In this document: piece after piece, positions 16,713 to 21,823 of the stretch | Position numbering within the stretch: the first letter of the stretch is position 1 | How the letters are laid out: every line of letters begins with the position of its first letter | DNA from: Candidatus Eiseniibacteriota bacterium | GTDB taxonomy: Bacteria > Eisenbacteria > RBG-16-71-46 | Direction of reading: 5' to 3' | DNA: 21,823 nucleotides | NCBI GenBank assembly: GCA_031364845.1 | Contig: JANLWX010000100.1 | Coordinates: forward strand, 1-21,823 | The notes under the pieces: model-generated | Told to the model about the DNA's origin: nothing | The model's database searches: none | The model's input: the letters and a program-made list of their open reading frames with translations, nothing else | Translations under genes and position numbers: made by a program

Positions 16713-18190
16713 CGCTCCGCACGGTGCTCGAGGAGATGGAGGCGGTCGCGGTTCGCGGAGATGCCGGTGTCGAGATCGCGGGGCTCGCGTACGATTCTCG
16801 CCGCGTGCGGCGCGGCGATCTGTTCTTCGCGCTCGGCGGCGTCCATGCCGACGGTCGCGCATTCGTGCGCCAGGCGCTCGATGCGGGTGCCGCCGCGGCG
16901 GTCGTCGCCGCCGGAAGCGACATCGAGTCTGCCACCGCGACGCTCGTCGAAGTCGACGAGCCGCGCCGCGCGCTCGCACAGGCCGCGCTCCGGTACTGGG
17001 AGCATCCTTCGCGCGAACTCGCCGTGGTAGGGGTGACCGGCACCAACGGCAAGACCACGACCACCTATCTCGTGCACGCGATCCTCACGCATGCCGCGAT
17101 TCCCGCGGCGCTTGCGGGAACCACCGGCGTGCGTTTCGGCGGTGAACATCGGCCGTCGGCGTTCACGACCCCCGAAGCGCCCGAACTCCAGAGCCTGCTG
17201 CGAGACATGGTGCGGCATGGCGTGCGCGCGGGGGCGTTCGAACTCAGCAGTCACGCGCTCGTTCAGCGGCGCTGCTTCGGCATCGATCCCGACGTCGCCG
17301 TGTTCACCAACCTGAGCCATGATCACCTCGACTACCACGGGACGCTCGAAAAGTACCTCGACGCCAAGCTGATGCTGTTCGACCGGCGCAACGATCCCGC
17401 ACCCACGAAGCGCGCGACCGCGGTGATCAACGCCGACGACCCGGTGTTCCCGGCGGTGAGCGATGCCGCACGCGCCGGCGGGCTCGCGATCACGACCTAC
17501 GGCGCCGCCGCAGGCGCGGGCCTCGCGATCGAGTCGGTGACGCCACGTCCGAACGGGCTCGGCTTCACGTTGCGCGAAGGGGATCGGGCGCGCGAGATCG
17601 TGCTGCCGCTGCTCGGGCGCTACAACGCATGGAACGCCGCCGCCGCCTACGGTGCGGCGCGTGCGCTCGGTATTGCCGGAGACGTGGCCGCCGCGGGTCT
17701 GACGAACGCCGCGGGCGTGCCCGGACGGCTCGAGCGGGTCGATGCGGGCCAGGCGTTCGCCGTGATCGTCGACTACGCGCACACGCCCGATGCGCTCGCG
17801 CGCGCGCTCGAGGCGGTGCGCGAACACTTCGCTCGTCGCGTGCTGCTGGTGTTCGGCTGCGGCGGCGACCGTGACCGTTCGAAGCGTCCGCTGATGGGCC
17901 GGATCGCGGCCGAGCGTGCCGATCTCGCGTGGATCACGAACGACAATCCGCGCACCGAAGATCCGGCGGCGATCGCCGCCGGGATCGCGGCTGGCGATGC
18001 GGCCGGACGTCTGCGCGTCGAGCTCGATCGCGACGCCGCGATCGCTGCTGCCGTTGCGGCCGCGCAGTCCGGCGACGTGGTGTTGATCGCGGGCAAGGGG
18101 CACGAGACCACGCAGACGATCGGCGACCGGGTGATGCCGTTCGACGACCGCGAGGTCGCGCGCGCGCACCTGATGCGGAGGCCACGGTGA
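16709..18190 (+). CDS. murE: UDP-MurNAc-dipeptide:meso-DAP ligase MurE
   Basis: 493 aa with 'YDSRRV', 'GVTGTNGKTTT', 'TTPE', 'ELSSHAL', 'FTNLSHDHLDYH', 'VDYAHTPDAL', 'FGCGGDRDRSKRPLMG', DAP-specific 'DNPR' and 'AGKGHE'. Confidence 0.96.
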   Translation: MTLRTVLEEMEAVAVRGDAGVEIAGLAYDSRRVRRGDLFFALGGVHADGRAFVRQALDAGAAAAVVAAGSDIESATATLVEVDEPRRALAQAALRYWEHPSRELAVVGVTGTNGKTTTTYLVHAILTHAAIPAALAGTTGVRFGGEHRPSAFTTPEAPELQSLLRDMVRHGVRAGAFELSSHALVQRRCFGIDPDVAVFTNLSHDHLDYHGTLEKYLDAKLMLFDRRNDPAPTKRATAVINADDPVFPAVSDAARAGGLAITTYGAAAGAGLAIESVTPRPNGLGFTLREGDRAREIVLPLLGRYNAWNAAAAYGAARALGIAGDVAAAGLTNAAGVPGRLERVDAGQAFAVIVDYAHTPDALARALEAVREHFARRVLLVFGCGGDRDRSKRPLMGRIAAERADLAWITNDNPRTEDPAAIAAGIAAGDAAGRLRVELDRDAAIAAAVAAAQSGDVVLIAGKGHETTQTIGDRVMPFDDREVARAHLMRRPR

Positions 18191-19599
18191 TGGCGAAGGA
18201 ATCCGCAATGGGCGCCACACTCACACTCGACGATGCGGCGCAGTGGGCCGCGGCCACGGTGTCCGGCAGTTCCGAATCCCGGACGACTGCCATCCACGGC
18301 GCCTCGATCGATTCGCGCGCGATCGCGCCGGGCGAGCTGTTCGTTCCGCTCGCGGGATCGCAGGTGGACGGCCATCGGTTTATCGCGCAGGCGTTCGCTC
18401 GCGGCGCGGCCGCGTCGCTGTGCGCGCGCGACCGCCTCGGCGAATTCGCCGGGCGCGAGCCGGGTCCGCTGCTGGTGGTGGACGACGTCACGATTGCTCT
18501 GCAGGCGATCGCCCGCGGATGGCGCGCGCGCTGGACCGGAGATCTGATCGGGGTCACCGGCAGCGCGGGGAAGACGACGACCAAGGATCTCGTGGCCGCG
18601 GTGCTCGCGACGCGCGGGCCGACGCATCGTACGTCCGGCAATCTCAACAACCACTGGGGCGTGCCGCTCACGCTCATGGGACTGGTCCCCGAGCATCGCG
18701 CGGCGGTGGTCGAGATGGGCATGAATCACGCGGGTGAGATCGCGGCACTCGCCGCACTCGCGGCGCCGAACGCGGCCGTGATCACCAACGTCGGCAGCGC
18801 GCATCTCGAAAACCTAGGCACGATCGAAGCAATCGCGCGCGAGAAGGCGTCGCTCGCTCACGCGCTGCCGCGCCACGGGGTGGCATTCGCAGGGGCCGAT
18901 TCGCCCGTATTGCTCGATGCGCTGGCCGGGACGCCGTGCCGCATCGTGACCTACGGCTTCGCCTCGGTCTCCGATGTGTGGCCGCGCGACTACGAAAGCC
19001 TCGGGCCTTTGGGCAGCCGCTTCGAGGTCGAAGGCTTTCCGCCGGTGACGCTCGCGCTGGTCGGCCGCCATCAGGTGATGAACGCCCTCGCCGCCCTCGC
19101 GGTCGCGCGCGAGTTCGACTGCGATCCCGCCGCCGCGGTCACCGCACTCGCGTCGGTGGCTCCCGGCAGCGGACGCATGGAGGTGCGCACGGTGCGCGGA
19201 GCGACGCTGCTCGTCGACTGTTACAACGCGAACCCCGAGTCGACGCGCGCCGCGCTCGAGACGCTGTTCGCGTGGCCCGGGGCCGAACGCCGCATCGCGG
19301 TGCTCGGCGACATGCTCGAGCTGGGCCCGCGTTCGGGCGAACTGCACCGGGCGACCGGAGCCGCTATCCGCGGCGCGGAGTCGTGGAGCGTCGGAACGTT
19401 CGCATCCGACTACGCGGCGGGCGCCGAGAGCGCCGGAATCGAACACCGCACGTTCGCGACCAAGCCCGATCTCTCGCGCGAATTGTATGCGCGGCTCGCG
19501 CCGGGCGTCGTCGTGCTGCTCAAGGGATCACGGGGTGCCGCACTCGAGGACATCCTCGCCGAGTTCGCGCGGCTCGAACGTTCGGAGACGGAGCACTGA
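18190..19599 (+). CDS. murF: UDP-MurNAc-tripeptide:D-Ala-D-Ala ligase MurF
   Basis: ~469 aa (ATG 18190 or GTG 18187, SD GGAGG). 'IDSR', 'DGHRF', 'GVTGSAGKTTTK', 'GNLNNHWGVPLTL', 'EMGMNHAGEI', 'DCYNANPES', 'LGDMLELG' and 'LKGSRG'. Confidence 0.96.
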   Translation: MAKESAMGATLTLDDAAQWAAATVSGSSESRTTAIHGASIDSRAIAPGELFVPLAGSQVDGHRFIAQAFARGAAASLCARDRLGEFAGREPGPLLVVDDVTIALQAIARGWRARWTGDLIGVTGSAGKTTTKDLVAAVLATRGPTHRTSGNLNNHWGVPLTLMGLVPEHRAAVVEMGMNHAGEIAALAALAAPNAAVITNVGSAHLENLGTIEAIAREKASLAHALPRHGVAFAGADSPVLLDALAGTPCRIVTYGFASVSDVWPRDYESLGPLGSRFEVEGFPPVTLALVGRHQVMNALAALAVAREFDCDPAAAVTALASVAPGSGRMEVRTVRGATLLVDCYNANPESTRAALETLFAWPGAERRIAVLGDMLELGPRSGELHRATGAAIRGAESWSVGTFASDYAAGAESAGIEHRTFATKPDLSRELYARLAPGVVVLLKGSRGAALEDILAEFARLERSETEH

Positions 19600-20690
19600 T
19601 GTTCTACGAATGGATCTATCCGCTGCACGAGTTGCCCGGGCTCTCGGCGTTGAACGTGTTCCGTTACATCACGTTCCGTTCCGCGTACGCCGCGATCACC
19701 GCGTTGCTGCTGTGCTATGTGCTCGGCCCGCCGATGATCGAGTGGCTGCGCCGTGTGAATCTCGGCCAGAAGATCCGCGCCGAGGGGCCGCAGAGCCATC
19801 TCGCCAAGGCGGGCACGCCGACCATGGGCGGAATCCTGATCGTGATCGCGATCGTGGTGCCGACGCTGTTGTGGGGCAACCTGCATTCGCGCCCGTTGTG
19901 GCTCGCGGTGCTCGCGACGGTGTGGCTCGGAGCGCTCGGATTCCTCGACGACTATCTGCGCGTGGTGAAGGGCTATCCCAAGGGACTGCTCGGACGCTAC
20001 AAGCTGGTCGGGCAGGTGATCCTCGGTGCGATCGTCGGCATCGTGCTCGTGATGTGGCCCGAGCCGGGACTGCCGGCGACCACCACCCACGTCCCGTTCC
20101 TCAAATTCCGGCTGTGGGATCTCGGCTGGCTGTTCGTTCCGTTCGTGATCCTCGTCATTACCGGCACGTCCAATGCGGTCAACCTCACCGACGGCCTCGA
20201 CGGCCTCGCCGCGGGTCTGATGGCGATCGCCGCACTCACGTTCGCCGGCCTGTGCTATCTGAGCGGCCACATCCGCTTCAGCGAGTACCTCAACATCAGC
20301 CATCTCGCCTACGGCGGCGAGTTGACCGTGTTTTGCTCGGCGGTGCTCGGGGCCGCACTCGGGTTCCTCTGGTACAACTGCCATCCCGCCGACGTGTTCA
20401 TGGGCGACACCGGCTCGCTCGCGCTCGGCGGCGCGCTCGGAACCGTCGCGGTGCTGATCAAGCGCGAGTTCTGGCTGGTGCTGATCTGCGGCCTGTTCGT
20501 CGCCGAGGCGCTGTCGGTCATGATCCAGGTCGCGTCGTTCCGCATGTTCGGCCGGCGCGTGTTCCGCATGTCGCCCCTTCACCACCACTTCGAACTCGGC
20601 GGCTGGGCGGAGTCGCGCGTGGTGCTGCGCTTCTACATCATCGCGGCACTGCTCGCGCTGTTCTCGCTCTCGACGCTCAAGCTCCAGTGA
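19599..20690 (+). CDS. mraY: Phospho-MurNAc-pentapeptide transferase MraY
   Basis: 363 aa, TGATG overlap. 'NVFRYITFRS', 'KAGTPTMGG', 'GFLDDY', 'SNAVNLTDGLDGLA', 'FMGDTGSLALGG' and 'MSPLHHHFEL'. Confidence 0.97.
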   Translation: MFYEWIYPLHELPGLSALNVFRYITFRSAYAAITALLLCYVLGPPMIEWLRRVNLGQKIRAEGPQSHLAKAGTPTMGGILIVIAIVVPTLLWGNLHSRPLWLAVLATVWLGALGFLDDYLRVVKGYPKGLLGRYKLVGQVILGAIVGIVLVMWPEPGLPATTTHVPFLKFRLWDLGWLFVPFVILVITGTSNAVNLTDGLDGLAAGLMAIAALTFAGLCYLSGHIRFSEYLNISHLAYGGELTVFCSAVLGAALGFLWYNCHPADVFMGDTGSLALGGALGTVAVLIKREFWLVLICGLFVAEALSVMIQVASFRMFGRRVFRMSPLHHHFELGGWAESRVVLRFYIIAALLALFSLSTLKLQ

Positions 20691-21823
20691 CGATCGACCT
20701 GCGCCATCCGCTCCCGGGCACGCGCCCGCTGGTCGTCGGCGCGGGCCGCTCCGGCATCTCCGCCGCGCGCCTGCTGCGCCGCCACGGTCTCGACGTGCGG
20801 GTGTGCGACGCGCGCCCCGCGGCCGAAGCAGCCGAGGCGGCGCGTGCGCTCGAGGCGATCGGCGCCGACGTGCGCCTCGGACGCGACGACGCGGCGATGC
20901 TCGAAGGGCGCGACGTCGTGATCTGGAGTCCGGGTGTGGCGATCTCGCACCCGCTGTACGCGGCCGCGGTGGCGGGAAAGATCCCGGTGCTGTCGGAACT
21001 CGAACTCGGCTATCTCGCTTCGCATGCGCCACTCGTGTGCATCACCGGCACCAACGGCAAGAGCACCACCACCGATCTGACGGGTGCGCTGATCCGTGCC
21101 GCGGGACGCGAGGTCGAGGTGTGCGGCAACATCGGTCGCGCGGTGTGCGATGTCGCCGAGAAGATCGGACCCTCGGGTCTGCTGGTGGTCGAGGTCTCGT
21201 CGTTCCAGCTCGAGACCGTCGACCGGCTCAAGCCGTTCATCGCCGCGTGGCTCAACCTTACGCCCGACCACCTCGACCGCCACGGCGACCTCGCCACCTA
21301 CGGAGCGGCGAAGCAGCGGCTGTTCGAGCGCCAGGACGAGAACGACTGGGCGGTGTGGAACGCCGATGATCCCGAAGTCACGCGCCTGCGCACCGGCGAG
21401 GCCGAGCCGCTCGAGTTCTCGAGCCGCCACGCGGTGGGGGCAGGCGCCTTCGTCGATCGCTCAGAGATCGTGCTCGAGTGGCGCGGTGGGCACGAGCGCC
21501 TGATGCCTGCGCGCGATGTGCGCCTGCGCGGCCCGCACAATCTGATGAACGTGCTCGCCGCACTTTCGGTCACGCTGCCACTCGAGATCGCGCCACCCAC
21601 GTTGCGCGCGGTGCTCGCGGAATACGGCGGCCTCGAACACCGGCTCGAGCCGGTCGCGGTCGTGGGCGGGGTGCAGTTCGTCAACGATTCCAAGGCGACC
21701 AACACCGCTTCGCTCGAGGTCGCGCTCGCGAGCTTCGAGCGCCCCGTGGTGCTGATCGCCGGCGGGCGCGACAAGGGCCAGGACTTCGGCACGCTGCGCG
21801 CGTCCGTGCAGCGCGCGGTCAAG
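20687..21823 (+). CDS. murD: UDP-MurNAc-L-Ala:D-Glu ligase MurD (3' end outside the window; absent from the ORF track)
   Basis: GTGA overlap with the mraY stop. My translation: MTIDLRHPLPGTRPLVVGAGRSGISAARLL...WSPGV...ITGTNGKSTTT...CGNIG...EVSSFQLE...NLTPDHLDRH...GLEHRLE...VNDSKATN...IAGGRDKG, open to the window end. Confidence 0.96.
   Translation, partial: MTIDLRHPLPGTRPLVVGAGRSGISAARLLRRHGLDVRVCDARPAAEAAEAARALEAIGADVRLGRDDAAMLEGRDVVIWSPGVAISHPLYAAAVAGKIPVLSELELGYLASHAPLVCITGTNGKSTTTDLTGALIRAAGREVEVCGNIGRAVCDVAEKIGPSGLLVVEVSSFQLETVDRLKPFIAAWLNLTPDHLDRHGDLATYGAAKQRLFERQDENDWAVWNADDPEVTRLRTGEAEPLEFSSRHAVGAGAFVDRSEIVLEWRGGHERLMPARDVRLRGPHNLMNVLAALSVTLPLEIAPPTLRAVLAEYGGLEHRLEPVAVVGGVQFVNDSKATNTASLEVALASFERPVVLIAGGRDKGQDFGTLRASVQRAVK

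Noticed and set aside
13794..16979. 1061-aa minus-strand ORF
   Set aside because: Antisense shadow of rsmH/ftsL/ftsI/murE. It is Arg/Ala-rich with no motifs, as expected from stop-codon scarcity at high GC.
1..21823. tRNA/rRNA genes, transposases, integrases, phage or defence genes
   Set aside because: None recognised. The window is almost fully covered by envelope and division CDSs with short gaps.

Overview
GC-rich bacterial chromosomal window in which all credible genes lie on the + strand, in two blocks. Block 1 (206-12023) is a cell-surface glycosylation locus. It holds three GT4 glycosyltransferases, a YfhO-type GT-C membrane glycosyltransferase, a GT2 polyprenol-phosphate-sugar synthase, a secreted PorZ-like beta-propeller with a T9SS/FlgD-Ig-like C-terminal domain, a FemAB/GNAT-type transferase and a second GT-C-like membrane protein. 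Block 2 (12102-21823) is the start of the dcw cluster, with a near-consensus sigma70 promoter and six phased GTGG MraZ boxes, then mraZ - [inserted STAS-like gene] - rsmH - ftsL-like - ftsI (2 PASTA) - murE - murF - mraY - murD (truncated by the window end). A structured REP/MITE-like palindromic element occupies the first ~160 bp. High GC, a DAP-type MurE and the FlgD-Ig/CTD-bearing protein suggest a diderm FCB-affiliated lineage such as Ca. Eisenbacteria (inference only). The most notable observations are a possible T9SS-style glycolipid-anchor locus (PorZ-like + VimA-like + GTs) and an atypical STAS protein lacking the phospho-serine, wedged between mraZ and rsmH. All calls come from reading motifs by eye; no database searches were run.
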